A stretch of 64,000 nucleotides of DNA from Eledone cirrhosa (GCA_964016885.1 OZ024748.1:22692001-22756000), one strand, 5' to 3'; counted from the stretch's first letter, positions 26,276 through 39,835 are shown. The notes: a model not told the origin generated them from the sequence alone. Program-made: numbers and translations.

Positions 26276-27259
26276 TGGAAATATAAAGCTTAATATGGTA
26301 AAATCTTTGGCGGTTTCAGGGGATTTGGTATTAAAAGGTTATGTGAATGAAAGATAAACCTTCCTTTGGTTAGAATATTAATCTATCGGAAATAGCATTC
26401 TTAAATGAACTAAGACTACATAGAAAGAATAGTCCCGATTTAAATAAAATAAATTTTATTTTTGTAATGCCAATGACAAATTTGAACTCATGAACAAGTA
26501 GTTGAATATATTATGCTTTGTAAAGTTGTAGTGTAGGTGTCACAATAAACAGCACCCAGCCCACACTGTAAAGTGGTTGTGTAGGTATCACGACAAAAAG
26601 CACCCAGTCCACAATATAGAGTGGTCATGTAGGACACACGGTAAAAAGCACCCAGCACACACTGTAAATGTGGTTGGCATAACCCAACTTGCCTCTAATG
26701 GGACAAACCTGTCTAACCCATGCTAATGTGGAAAATAGATGTTAAATGATGATGATGATGCTGATAATGATGATGATGTCCTAATTCTATATGGTTTCTG
26801 AGTCTGAACACTAAGTGTGAAGTTTTTCAGTAATGCAACATGTTTGGCTTGTTTTGCTGTCATATAACAGCACTACTCTAGCAGAGCTTATTGTGGTTAT
26901 TCAACATAACAAACAACTCATTTGCTATCATCATCATCATCATCATCATCATTTAATAACTTTTCCATGCTGGCATGAGTTGGATGGTACTTTTTGAGGC
27001 AATTTTACAGCCCTTTCTGACACCAATGCTTTTAGTTGCTTCTTAAAATACACAAGGATATTCATATTCTAAACTGGGTAGATGTTGTTAGGAATACTGT
27101 AAAATAGCTACAAATATATATGTGTTTACTCTGGGTGAAAATGTATTAATTCGTCACTCATTGAGTGCTTCGTGACTGCCTCTTATAATTTGATGGGCAT
27201 TTGCTATAGTGTGGCTGCAACTTTGGTTATACTCATTATCATTATCATTATTTTTCTCC

Positions 27260-27455
27260 TGGGGTGGTCGATTGGCAGTATCGGTAGAGGGTCAGATGCT
27301 ATGCTTTGCAGCATAGAGTTACGGCCCTTTACGGTCTAAGTTCAAATCCTGCCGAGGTTAACTTTGCCTTTCATCTTTATGGGGTCAATAAACTAAAGTA
27401 GCAGTAATACACTGGGATAATTAATGGCCTTATGCCAAAAATAGAAACAATTATT
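27260..27455 (+). mobile_element. SINE family 1, full-length
   Basis: A-box tggcagtatcgg, B-box gttcaaatc, core aactttgcctttcatc...ggggtcaataaa (resembles Deu/Nin-type SINE central domains; inference), tail agaaacaattatt. Confidence 0.85.
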
Positions 27456-28734
27456 TTTCTCTTTATAACTAATTGTTTAATTGAATGTTTGTAAACCTAG
27501 TTGAGAGCTTATTTGAGGCTGTGAAAAAATCCTTTGTTCACATTTAGCCAATTGACCTTCTTTTTTAAGAAAGGTCATGTGATCACACTGCCAAATTTAC
27601 TGCTATAGTAGACTGCCACAGCGTTGTCTTGCGACCGGACAAATTGGATACCCTGGAACGAAAAATATGTTGATGAAGGAATATCCCTGTTCCATCAAAA
27701 GAAGCATCACTGACTTGCATATACATTATGCAACTTGGAATGCACCCCCCCCCCCCCCCCCCACCCCCCACCCCGGAATCACAGAAACCTATTGAAGATT
27801 TTTCTCGATTTTTATCAATTTATGTCCTCTTGAGATGGTTCAGGTTAGTTTTCGACCTGTTTATATATATTAATGCTGTTGAATTATTGTGGCAGCAACA
27901 TGCTTTTGGTCACCTTATTCTTGGTGTATCACTTCATTAACTTTTTGTGTTCACTCTGGGTGAAAATATATTAATTTCTCACAACATTGAGTGCTTCATG
28001 ACTACCTCTTATAATTTGACGGGCATCTGCTATAGTGCAGCTGCAACTTCAGTTATACTCATTATCATTATATACTGCCAGGCAGTCCTATATGAGCGAG
28101 ACGACCAATCTTGCCTCAAGTGGTATAATTCCTGTCTAAACCCATGCTAGTATGGAAGATAGACGTTAAACGATGATGAAGATATGTATTCATTTTTCAT
28201 TCATTTCATTTCATTATATATATATATCAAATTAAAAAATGGAGTTAAAGACTCACATTAATCCCCTATAATTTAATGAGTCCAAGGAATAGATTCCAGG
28301 CTCTTTATAAATCAGCATATAGACAGAAGTACACATAGAGATAAGTGTTCAATTATAAGGGATCAAAAACCACCAGAGTGATGAACATGTTGTCTATGAA
28401 AGGAAAGGTGTATACAAATCAATTAAAAGAATAAATTAAAGTGTACTAACCATCCAATAATAACTATAACAACCAGACATGCTCAAATTAGAGTATGTTT
28501 CACATACATGTACATATTGTAGATGGCTCATTGGCTGGTGTCTAACAATACGATCAACACTGCTAAAAATATATCAGATAACTAAGAGAACACGCATGGT
28601 ATAGAGAAAAGACGTATGTTTTATAGCCCATGATGGTGTGAATAGACAAAAAGACCGCTAAAAACAGCAACTCAGAACAATTCAACATAAGAAGCTCTAC
28701 TTACATATAGAAATGAATTAGGAGCCAATATGTA

Positions 28735-28978
28735 TTAAAGTTTATTTGTTGCAAAAAACGCTATATATATTTCAATTGCCTGGTTATGTAAGACCCTGGT
28801 GACATCATCAGGTGTGGACTGTATAATTAGTTCATCAATAAATGGAATTCATTGTTTGTCATAATTCCTTTTATTGATTGATTTATTATGCAATTCACAC
28901 CTGATGATGTTTCCAGGGTCCTACATAACCAAGCCATTGAAATATATATAGTGTTTTTTGCAACAAATAACTTTAAAG
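28735..28978. repeat. Long imperfect inverted repeat (fold-back), Penelope-like end sequences
   Basis: Arms of ~115 nt are mutual reverse complements around a short loop at ~28855. Confidence 0.85.
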
Positions 28979-29167
28979 GAACATTACCAGTACGGCCTCT
29001 TGTTGTTTTATCAAATTAATATTTAAGTCCATTCTTACACCAGCCACAGGATTCAACATCAACGTGGATGCATTGCATAACAACAGAGAGTGCTTTTCTT
29101 ACTATTATATCATGGTTAACTAAACAGAATGACCAGGGTTATCCATTGGTGAATCACAAAACATAAA

Positions 29168-29219
<52 letters not shown>

Positions 29220-29759
29220 TGGAAAAATGGATGTAAAATGGTGATGATGATGATAGTGTTCAGTAAAGCTTCAGTGTTGTGCAAGAATCTTTTATTTACC
29301 ATGGGATGTTCCCTTAAACCATTATATATCTAGGCTATACTGTACAGGCGAAAAGGCAGTGGACTGGGTGATGCTAGGGCCACATGACAGCCAATTTATA
29401 ATGACCACTAGTTATTTTACTGATAGATAACAGATGGTCCCAAAAAATGTACCCCTTCCTACAACTGGCATTGTAAATCCTTAAATCCTACCATTCAGGA
29501 AATGTATCTATTGTCTTCTTTGAAAGGATGAGGTCAAGGTCGCAGGTCTCTTACTTGGTGGCTGTGGGAAAACATTTCTTTTACACAAACAGCCACACCT
29601 TTGAAGAGTTCATTTATTCTAAGCATATAAATGGAATTTATACAAATGGAATTCATGCATGACTGGGCCAAAATATTTTTGGTATTAATGAGTTATTGCC
29701 ACCTTTCAAATCATTTAGTGGCGAAGGTGGTGGAATTTGCAACAATATATATAAATAGA

Positions 29760-29895
29760 TTATTAGTACAAATTAAATGTTTAAGCAATAAATTTCTGCT
29801 TTCACCTTAGATCATCTGAAACTTGGTTTCAGATGATCTTGCTTAGGGTGAAAGCATAAATTTATTGCTTAAACTTTTAATCTTTACTAATAAAT
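29760..29895. repeat. Palindromic element related to 48932-49042
   Basis: gtttaagcaataaattt.tgctttcacc...gatcatctgaaac ttg gtttcagatgatc...ggtgaaagcataaatttattgcttaaac. Confidence 0.85.
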
Positions 29896-30142
29896 ATTTG
29901 CTTTACAGGTTTATATATACATATACATACACACACATATATATATATCATCATCATCATCATCACCGTTTTACGTCCGTTCTTCCACGCTAGCATGGGT
30001 TAGACGGGTTGTCCTGTTGTGGGCAGTGTCTGGTCGGCTGACCATGCCTTGCTCATACAGGAACTGATTTGGCTTGATTTCTACAGCTGGATGCCCTTCC
30101 TAACACCAACCTCATTTACAGTGAGTGCTGGGTGCTTTTTCG

Positions 30143-30175
<33 letters not shown>

Positions 30176-30465
30176 AATGTATGTATAGTATATTTGGCAA
30201 TATACTGTATGTTTAATTAAAAACATTTTGAAGACCATTCGCTATGAGTTTTAAAGTAGTGACTACGTCACTTATTCTCGGCAAAAACAATAGAGAGTGA
30301 TTGACAGTCTGTTTTTCGCTTGACCACACATCCCCTGCCTTTGCTGAGAATTATAGAAGCTGGATTCTTATAGAATTCAAGTAATATTTAAGAGCTGATT
30401 AAACAGAGTGTTTACCGGTCCAGCAAAAATTATGTATTAGTATTGGTGCTCTGAAATAGCAATGT

Positions 30466-31515
30466 TACACTCATAGTGGACTCTATGGTGGAACTAGAGG
30501 AGAATTTCCAAACTTGGAAACAGGGTCTAGAAACAAAGGGTCTTAAAGTCAACCTGACAAAGACTAAGGTTGTAGTAAGTAAAAAAGAAAACAGAACCCT
30601 GGTCCCCTCAGGGAAATGGCCTTGTTCAGTGTGTAGGAAAGGTGTAGGTAGAAATTCCATCCTCTGTCCCAAATGCAAACTATGAGTACACAAGAGATGT
30701 AGTGGGATCTCAGGAAGGTTAGTTAAAAATGTAGGCTTTATGTGTAACAGATGCATGGCAGTGAGACCTGGGTGCTGTGTGCAGAAGACTTACATAGATT
30801 GAAAAGAAATGAAGCTTGCATACTCTGATGGATGTGTAATAGTAATATATGTGAATGGTGAAGCATGAACGAACTGAGAGAGAAACTAAGCATAGAAGGA
30901 ATCAGATGCAGCGTGCAGGAGAGGAGATTGCGTTGGTATGAATATGTGATGCATATGAAGGATGACAACTGTATAAAAAGGTGTAGAGCACTCAAAGTCG
31001 ATGGAAGCCTTGGAGTGGGGAGACCCAGGAAGATCTGGAGCGAGGTGATAAAAACTGACTTCGCCAAATTGTGCCTCTCAAGATCAAGATCTCTGGTGTT
31101 GCATAGTAATACAGAAGACCCGAATTCCCACGAGCATAGGCTATAGCTGAAGCATATATATAGCATACACCACTCCGCCCCTCCCCACCCACTCCCATGA
31201 GGACAAGCTGAAGTATACATCTAGCAAAGCCTCCAGCCCACACTGTAAAGTGGTTGTGATGACGACTCGACAAAAAGCACCCAGCCCACACTGTAAAGTG
31301 GTTGTGTTGGCAACACAACAAAAAGTGTTCAGTCCATGCTGTACAGTGGTTGTATAGGTGTCACAATAAAAAGCACCCAGCACACACTGTAAATGCAGTT
31401 GGCATCAGGAAGGGCATCCAACCGTAGAAACCAAACCCAAATCAGCCCTGTGTGAGCGGAACACGGTCCTTCGACCAGATCTCAAACAAAGGGACATCCC
31501 ATGCTAGTGTGGAAA
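30466..31515 (+). mobile_element. Degenerate RTE LINE (PHD-containing family), internally deleted, with 3' UTR tandem repeats
   Basis: GLKVNLTKTK, GKWPCSVCRKGVGRNSILCPKC, RRLRWY, GRPRKIW. Confidence 0.88.
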
Positions 31516-31821
31516 ATATATATATATATATATAAAAGAAATGAATACAAGGAGTATAAACTGTTAAAACATGTTTATATAAACTGTTAAAACATGTTTA
31601 TATAACAATGCACTGGTGCATTTTTATATAAACATGTTTTAATGGTTTATATTTCTTTTATAATCACTCTGCTTATTTTTTCTCGCCCACTAAATATTAA
31701 CGCTTCTAATATTTAACCCTGTAGGCACAAGTATTGAGCACATTTGCACAAACTATTGGCAACTAAATATATGTATCGCCTATCTTTCCTTTTTTTTTCT
31801 CTCTCACGATACCTAAACATT

Positions 31822-31851
31822 CTATATATATATATATATATTATATATATA

Positions 31852-31898
<47 letters not shown>

Positions 31899-31900
31899 AT
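31822..31900. repeat. (TA)n microsatellite
   Basis: Interrupted TA dinucleotide run. Confidence 0.95.
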
Positions 31901-31902
31901 AA

Positions 31903-33014
31903 ACCCCTCTACTTAGCTTTTCTTGACCTGGAGAAAGCCTTGGACAGAGTCCAACACTCCATTATCTGGTGGGCCCTTAGAAAACTATGAGTAGATGAGT
32001 GGCTTGTGAAAGCTATACAAGCCTAGTATAGAGGAACAGTCAGCAACGTTAGAATTAATAATGAATGTAGTGAAGAATTTAGCCTAAAAGTAGGTGTTCA
32101 CCATGGCTCCATACTTAGCCCCCTCCTGTTTATTATTGCCCTACAGGCTATAACAGAAGAGTTTAAGACTGGCTGCTCATGGTAACCTCTTTATGCAGAT
32201 AATCTAACTTTCATAGCTGAATCTATGGCACCACTAGAGAAGAAATTCCAAACATGGAAGCATGGCCTAGAATCAAAAGGCCTTAGAGTTAACTTGTCTA
32301 AGACTAAAGTTCTAGTGTGTAGAAAGGAAAATAGGACACAGGTGCCCTCTGGGAAATGGCCATGCTCAGTGTGTAGGAAAGGAGAAGGCAGAAATTTCAT
32401 TCTATGTCCCAAATGCAAACTATGGGTGGATAAAAGATGTAGTGGGATCACAGGCAAGCTATTAAAGAATGTAGGTTTTATATGTAGCCGATGCTCATGT
32501 GCAATAAGTAGCAAGTGCCCACTGGATACTAGCTCCTTCAACTGCTCAGATGGTTCTATAGAAAGTAGACACTTTCTGTTGCCTAGGTGACAAAATCAGC
32601 AGTGGTGGAGTGTGTTCAGAAAGTTCAGTAGCCAGAGTTAGAATGGGATGGAAAAAGTTCAGAAAGCTAATGCCGCTGTTAGCTACAAAAGGTTTCTCTC
32701 TAAAAATGTAAGGTAGATTGTATGATGTTTGTATACAAACAGCAATATTACTTGGTAGTGAAACGTGGGCATTGTGTCGTGACACCTACACGACCATTGT
32801 AAAGTGGTCGTGTAGGTGTCACGACAAAAAGCAAACAGTCCACACTGTAGAGTGGTGGTGTAGGAGACACGGTAAAAAGCACCCAACACACACTGTAAAT
32901 GTGGTTGCCGTTAGGAAGGGCATCCAGTCACCCGACCCAACTTGCCTCAAGTGGGACAAACCCGTTTAACCCATGCTAGCGCGTAAGATAGACGTTAAAC
33001 AATGATGATGATGA
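31903..33014 (+). mobile_element. Degenerate RTE LINE (PHD-containing family) with (ATG)n tail
   Basis: FLDLEKALDRV, GSILSPLLFII, YADNL, GKWPCSVC, with stops; ends gacgttaaacaatgatgatg. Confidence 0.88.
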
Positions 33015-34651
33015 TATATATATATATATATACATATGTGTATATATGTATATATATATATATATTTACACACACACACACAATTATATATATATATATA
33101 TATATCATATAACCCATCTTTCCTAGTCTTATAGATAAAAATCGCTATATATATATATATATATCGATTTTTTTTTCCTATTAGACTAATGATACTGAAT
33201 GTTATTGATATTAAGCAATCTTTCCCTTTTAGCATTTCTTCCAATATTATGGCGGCTTCATATGAAGGCAAAAATGTCATTTCAAAATAGAGTATGGCGA
33301 CGTCATTTCCGTATCTATCCATGTTGTAACGTTGCTAAGTGTCAAATATATTCGTTTTTCTTTTTCTGGTTCTTTTCCTTTCTTTATTTTAGCTATTACA
33401 CATTTTTGATAAAGCGAGTGAGAAGTAAAATTAGAAATTAAAATAAATATAAATGGAAAAGAATTATTACATGCAGGAAGAAAAACGTTTTATATTTTGA
33501 GTACGCGAACAAATATTATACACATGAACAAATATACACACACGAGCAAATATATATACACCAGTGTATTATTCACATCGCTGTCTGAACCTTTTTATTT
33601 ATTTATCACTAATTATAAGACATTGTGATATTCGTTCGTCGAAAGTTTTAGTGTTTAAGATACAAAATATATAAGATTATGGGTTTTATAATTAATTGCG
33701 GAGGTCAGGAAGGGTGACCTATTTTGAATTAAAGTTCTATCCAAAAGAAAACATTATTGCCATTTCTATATTTATTGTTTAATAGGGGAAAAAAATAAAA
33801 CGTTTGCAGGAGTGAAAGGATTTCTGACTAAAGCTTCCGGCCGGCCGGTTTCCCTTTCTAATTACTGTACCCATTTCACATTCTTCCTTAACGCTAATGA
33901 AAATTGGAAACAAATCACGCAATATCATATTGATTCTTCAATTTAGTCCTCTAAAAACAGTAAGATATTACTTTGGAAAGCTTTAGCACCACAGCAATCG
34001 AGGAAATACCAAGCGTGCGGACTTCCCATGACTAGTTCCGACATTTATTCTTGATTAGTGTTACCGTTCGTTGCCAACCGTATCTTTCTATCTCCCGACC
34101 AATAAAGCAACGGGGTCGATATAATCGACTTTCCCCTTCTTCCAAATTGCTGGCCTTGTACTAATGTTAGAAAGAATTATAAGCCGTAATGTTCGAGGGT
34201 CAAGTTTAAATCTTTTCACAGCAAATTTAAGGTTGACCGTCGCTCATTCTATAGTACATATATAGGTAGCCGTGATATTTCAGCTAAAACACCCGTAGCG
34301 CGACTTTATATATTTATGTATAATAAACCTATCGTATCTGCTTTCCTATTAAAGCTCTATTAGTGCTACTACTCATTATGTACATGTAAATTTGATATTT
34401 GTTAATAAACCTATGTATGAGATTTAATTGTCGAGGTTCATAAGTGTGTTTATTAAATCATGTACGGATGAATTGTATACATTACATATACGTGTGTATA
34501 TTGCATGTTGACATTTTTTTAACGTTACGTGTTTCGTGTGCAAATCCATCGATCGATGTTTATATGCACGTTTTAGTGATGTGTAGAATTTATATTGTCT
34601 ATTTGTAACATGCAGAATATATATATATATATTTTATGTTACAAATAGACA

Positions 34652-34692
<41 letters not shown>

Positions 34693-35460
34693 ATCATATG
34701 TTTGTATATACAACTGTTACATGAAATAACAGAAAACTAACGTAACCATTAAAAATTTTACTTTAAAAAATATGTTCATCTAAAACTATTATGTATTAGC
34801 ATATATAAAGAATGTATATGTTTATTTATATATTTGCACATTATACATATATTTAAATTGAGATGCACACTGGTGTGTGTGTGTATTTATATAACATCTT
34901 GTCAACGGGGTTAAGTGTCTAAAATATACAATCGAAGCGATAGAGATTGTTACACTTCCCACACCCCCTTTAACATTTTTTTCACTCTTCTTTTTTGTTA
35001 ATTTTGTGAATTCTTAACATATTTTTAATATATTATTCAATAAATTTTATTCGAAGACGTTTTGAAGTAATGTAAAAAAAAAATTATGTTATTGTATGTT
35101 ATAAGCTGACTATTTCATTCAAATCTCGTTGGCTCGATATTTGGTGTATTAAGTCCCAGAAGGCGATTCGAGAAGTGACAGACGCCATAGTACTTTCCTG
35201 TGTGCAGTGTATGCTAGAGTGAACGAGAAAGTCAGACGAGAGTGAGAGAGTGTGCTTTGCTCTTCTATATTATTTCATTCTCGGGCTTATTTTTAACAAA
35301 AAAACATCTCCTTTCAGAAACTTCTCGTTTCATTCGGGTTTTCTTCTACTTTATTGCTCAGTAATTTAGTAATCCAATTCTATCTTTTTTTGGCCCCCCG
35401 CCACATCGTCGTCACTCTCCTATTGCCCTTTGCTGCTTTATATTAATTATTGCTGAAAGT

Positions 35461-35698
35461 ATGAGTCAATACATCCAAGTAGCTGAGGATGAGAATTCGG
35501 AGCTGATAGAAATCCCCATCGAATTGGATGGTACTTTATTGCTGAGCACCCTTTCTGCCCAATTTCCCGGCGCTTGTGGTCTGAAATACCGCAACCCTAA
35601 CACATGTGCTGTGCGCGGTATTCGCCTCAATCTGGGACAATTGTTTCCCCCCGAAGATGGATGGGACGATCGTGTTTACTACAGTGTCTTTCCGAAAG
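35461..35698 (+). CDS. TARDBP: TAR DNA-binding protein 43, copy A, coding exon 1 (N-terminal domain)
   Basis: [12 protein letters not shown]...[14 protein letters not shown]...VFPK|gtaagt; 238 nt, phase 1. Confidence 0.97.
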
Positions 35699-37641
35699 GT
35701 AAGTTTCCGCTGAAGATATATATTTAATCATCGCCACTTTTCTATTGAAACATTTTCTATGATTATGTATGAAAAACATTGTTCTTTAGTCATAAATTAT
35801 TGGTCGTACATTTTTAAGATATTGCGTTTTTACATTACAAGTCCATGTCGTTTTAGGCAACGTTGAAATGAGATATTTGTCAATTTTTATGTAGAATCTT
35901 ATTTTCTCTGATACCTGAAAGTATGTCCTGTGTGTTTAAGGAGTACTCTTCGCAAACACGTGTCTTCTACGGTCTCGAGTTGACCAATGTCTTGGTGGAA
36001 TTTGATAAATAGAAACTAGAAGGCTCGTTGTATATATGTCTTTATGTGTCGTAAGTTAGCTGTTCAACAAAAAACATCGGATAGAATTTGTACTGGATCA
36101 ATTTATCAACTAAATCTCAGCGTATGTCCCACATGACCGCAGTCTTGAAACCAGTAAAAGAATCCATTTATTTAACTCTATTCACACATTCTACACGTTC
36201 AGTCGCGGGATCGATTTCTGGGTCTAGTGGCGCGTTGTGTTCTTGAATGCTTTATTTCAGATTGCTAATCATTAAGATCCACAATAAAACATGCAACCAA
36301 GTATGTCTGCAAAACCTATAGAGGGTGTAAATTCCATCTTTAAGCTGCACTACAGCGAGACTGAACCCAGAACCCCGTGTTGCAAGTCGAGCCACACTCG
36401 TGATTGCGCCTGTTCATCATAAGTTTGGAATGTTTCTTAAATTCTTTGCATTAAAAGCTTAATTGTAATATTTGTCTTCAGTAGTGTTGAAACTAGACAT
36501 ATATTAGTCTATTATGTAGAATGTTTTCTGTTCTCTAGTACTTGAAATTATGGCTGGCTGTTTTAATAAATATCTTTATACTAAACTCTATTCGCACATT
36601 ATTCTACATTCCGTGTTTATTTTAGTATCATTCGTGATTCCAATTATGTGAGAGGTGTACGGAGCAACAGCCTATCTCCCTTTACCTTAAAATTGTTGGC
36701 TCATTTGTGTTTAGTTTTTCATTAGTTTTTCATGCGGACCCTCCAAACTCCCTCACTCACTTAACAAAAAAACCTGTTGCTAGCCAGTTAATAACGATTT
36801 TATGTATATGATTAGTTACGTTAAAAGCTAACCAGCTTCTCTTTCCTGTGTTCGCGTCTGTGACTAGCTAGTTCTATGGCCTCTTTAATGTGGGGACCAA
36901 AAGCTCATTTGTAAAAGGATGAAATTATATTTTCATGTTTTTGAAAGCGTTTTTTTTTTTTTTTTAATTTTGTTTTAGTTTTGCTTAAGAAAAATTACCT
37001 TTTGTTTAAAAGGTCTAACGATTGTAATCTTGTCGAGCTCTATTTAGGAAAGGGTAATGGGGATAGATAGGAGGAAGTTATGTTTATACCCTTAAAAATG
37101 TATTATTAACTTTAGGAAGGTGTGTGATGAGTTTCACTTAAGACTAGAAACTGGGTCGCTGCATATGAATGATAGAGAAAGCAGCCACAGTCGACTTCAC
37201 CACAAAGGCATATATATCCGCCATATTGCTGCCGCTTCTTGTTTGGCATGATGTAGGATTTTTTTCATCTTGGCACCGCCTATCGGTCGTATAGTATCTT
37301 ATATTGTTTAATCAATTTTTTTTTTCATCTTACAAATTCCTTTGTTTATATCCACATATTAAATCACTATATGTATGTAAAAATGTGCAAAAAAAAATCA
37401 AGACCCCCCCCCCCCTTCTCTCTCTCTCTCTCTCTCATCTCGATAGTAATCGACTTGTATTGTTAATTACCGTAGGTGATACCCTCCCCTCCACATGCGC
37501 GCGCACATACAATTTCTTAAATTAACTGCTGTCTCCTCCACCCACACCGTAGTATTTTGTTAAAAGCTTTTGTGTTGGTTTGTTGCCATGGAGTGTTTTG
37601 TTAATGTCGATTAATGGTTGTCTTGTATTTTTCTCACCCAG

Positions 37642-37805
37642 ATAACAAGAGGAAGAGTGACGATGGCATGGACGGCGGAGCTATCAAAGCTAAGAGGGTC
37701 AATAAAAAATGTAGTGACCTTATTGTATTGGGCTTACCTTGGAAAAGTACCGAGGAAGATCTGAGACAATATTTCTCTCAATTTGGGGAACTCTTGATGG
37801 TGCAG
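37642..37805 (+). CDS. TARDBP: TDP-43 copy A, coding exon 2 (NLS, RRM1 start)
   Basis: [35 protein letters not shown]...LMVQ; cag/gtaaa; 164 nt. Confidence 0.97.
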
Positions 37806-38655
37806 GTAAATTAAATTGCTTCTCGCTAATCAAATGAAATGAAACGGTGTTTCATGAAATAAAATTATCAAAGAATATGGTAAAAATTACATTGAACAGT
37901 AGTATAGGTTGATGTATTTAAAATTAAAAGAATTGCATGAATGTAGTCTGGTTATTGAGCCATCTAATCCTGGAGATACATTATTTTCGAAGTCCTGATG
38001 GCTTCAGTCTGCTTCATGTACTTTCTGTATTCGTGCATTATTTAAACCAACAAAATAGAAGCTATAGTTAACGGCAAAGAAATACGGAGATGACCGGGAG
38101 TTATCAGTGATCTTAAAACAAAGAATTGTTTCTCTTTCGCCCAGTGGTATAAGTTTAGTCAGGTGATATGTATCTGTAAAAATGCTGACTAATATTAGTG
38201 GCAGTTTTGCCAAGAATTATCGTTTGTTGTGGAACCATGTATTGTGGTTTTACATGAAATTTGGTGTATTTTTCGCTCCTTGTTGCCAATACTAGATTTA
38301 AACTTGCTTATTAACCACCAATTATTCAGAGATGATCCGTATCTGACTATTTGGCAAATTGTTTGATGAGTAAAACATAGTTGCAGTCCAGTATATGTTT
38401 TTTCAAAATCACTCCCAAAATATAAGTTCATGAAAAATTAGTATTTTATTGAGGGTAGTCATATTCAAGGAAGTATGGATAATGTTAGCTATTATTCTCT
38501 AAAGTAACTAAATCCTATATTGCAAAATCGCTCCTGTCTGAGTTACTTTCCAAACAGCCACTGCATAAATAAAGTTATCCTTTGTTGTAAAAGAAATCAC
38601 CAGCATTGTGTTCTAATGGTATATTTTTAATTCATCTTGAATTTATATTTTACAG

Positions 38656-38796
38656 GTAAAAAAAGATTTGAAAACCGGACAGTCAAAAGGGTTTGGCTTT
38701 GTTCGATTCCAAGATTATGAGTCCCAATTAAAGTGTATTAACCAGAGACACATGATAGACGGCAGATGGTGTGATGTGAGGATTCCAAACTCCAAG
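38656..38796 (+). CDS. TARDBP: TDP-43 copy A, coding exon 3 (RRM1)
   Basis: [18 protein letters not shown]...[16 protein letters not shown]; cag/gtac; 141 nt. Confidence 0.97.
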
Positions 38797-38854
38797 GTAC
38801 AGCATACCACCCTCCTTCAAAAAACTTTGATATTATTATTTTAGTTATTGCCAA

Positions 38855-39085
38855 GAGCGGTGAATTGGTAGTATTGGTAAATGGTCTGACACCATGCTTT
38901 GCAGCATAGTTACGGCCTTCGTGATCTGAGTTCAAATCCCGCCGAATTTAACTTTGCCTTTCATCCTTACAGGGTCGATAAAATAAAGTACCAGTGAAGC
39001 ACTGGGGGGGGGGGGGGGGGGTCGATTTAATCGACTTTCCTCTCCCCCAAAATTGCTGGCCTTGTTCCTATATAAGAAACCATTA
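38855..39085 (+). mobile_element. SINE family 1 in TDP-43 A intron 3
   Basis: A/B boxes, the family core, and a poly-G run. Confidence 0.85.
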
Positions 39086-39835
39086 TTTTAGTTATTGCTA
39101 AAGCATGAATTTGCTTAATATGATTTGAGAAGACATTATAAAGGGCAACGGAAATATTTTCATAAATCAATTGTATTAAGATAGTTCCATTTTGAATTAT
39201 AGAACATATATTATTATTATTGGTATGTGTGAAAGAAATTTTTTTTTAAAAATTGTGGAGACAATGATTTTTAATTAAGAATTGAGAGATTTACTAAAAT
39301 TATTTCATTACTAAGATAATTTCTTGTGAAATTTGTATTCAAAGATTTTAATTTGAACAGGAATCCTTTAAAAAGTTTTGATTCATAGAATTGGAGCTTG
39401 TTTGATAATTTATAAAGAAACTTGGCTCCAGTAATATTTGCAAGTTGTTAATTTGTTGGGAATATCCAAACTTATTTGTGTTCCTTCACTAGATATGATC
39501 CATTGTTAAGGATGTGGAGCAATAGAAACTTCAAATGTATTTATCTATATATATATATATATTAGCTTAACAGATTAAAAGAATACTGAAAAATAATTTG
39601 TAATTCCTTCTGTAGTGAATATCAAAATTAATAATCAATAGGAAACCTGTGCTTAATGGTTTTTGACATTGTTTTCATTCTTAGTTGTTTTGTACATTGA
39701 CAGTTATGTATATATGAACTTTATGAATTTCAAGTTGATCTTTCACATTTTGAAATACCATCTTGCTCTTTGTGTTGTATTATTGATAATTCTTGTTTTG
39801 ACATGTAATTAATGTACATTTCATTTTGTTTCTAG

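Noticed and set aside
26530-26680. Regularly spaced cacccag.cacactgtaaagtgg repeats (also at ~31.3 and ~32.8 kb)
   Set aside because: Tandem units of the RTE/SINE 3' region, found in multiple dispersed copies.
33240-33970. CpG patch with YY1/CRE/ETS-like motifs as the TDP-43 A promoter
   Set aside because: Short motifs 1.5-2.2 kb from the ATG with no supporting exon structure; cannot be assigned without TSS data.
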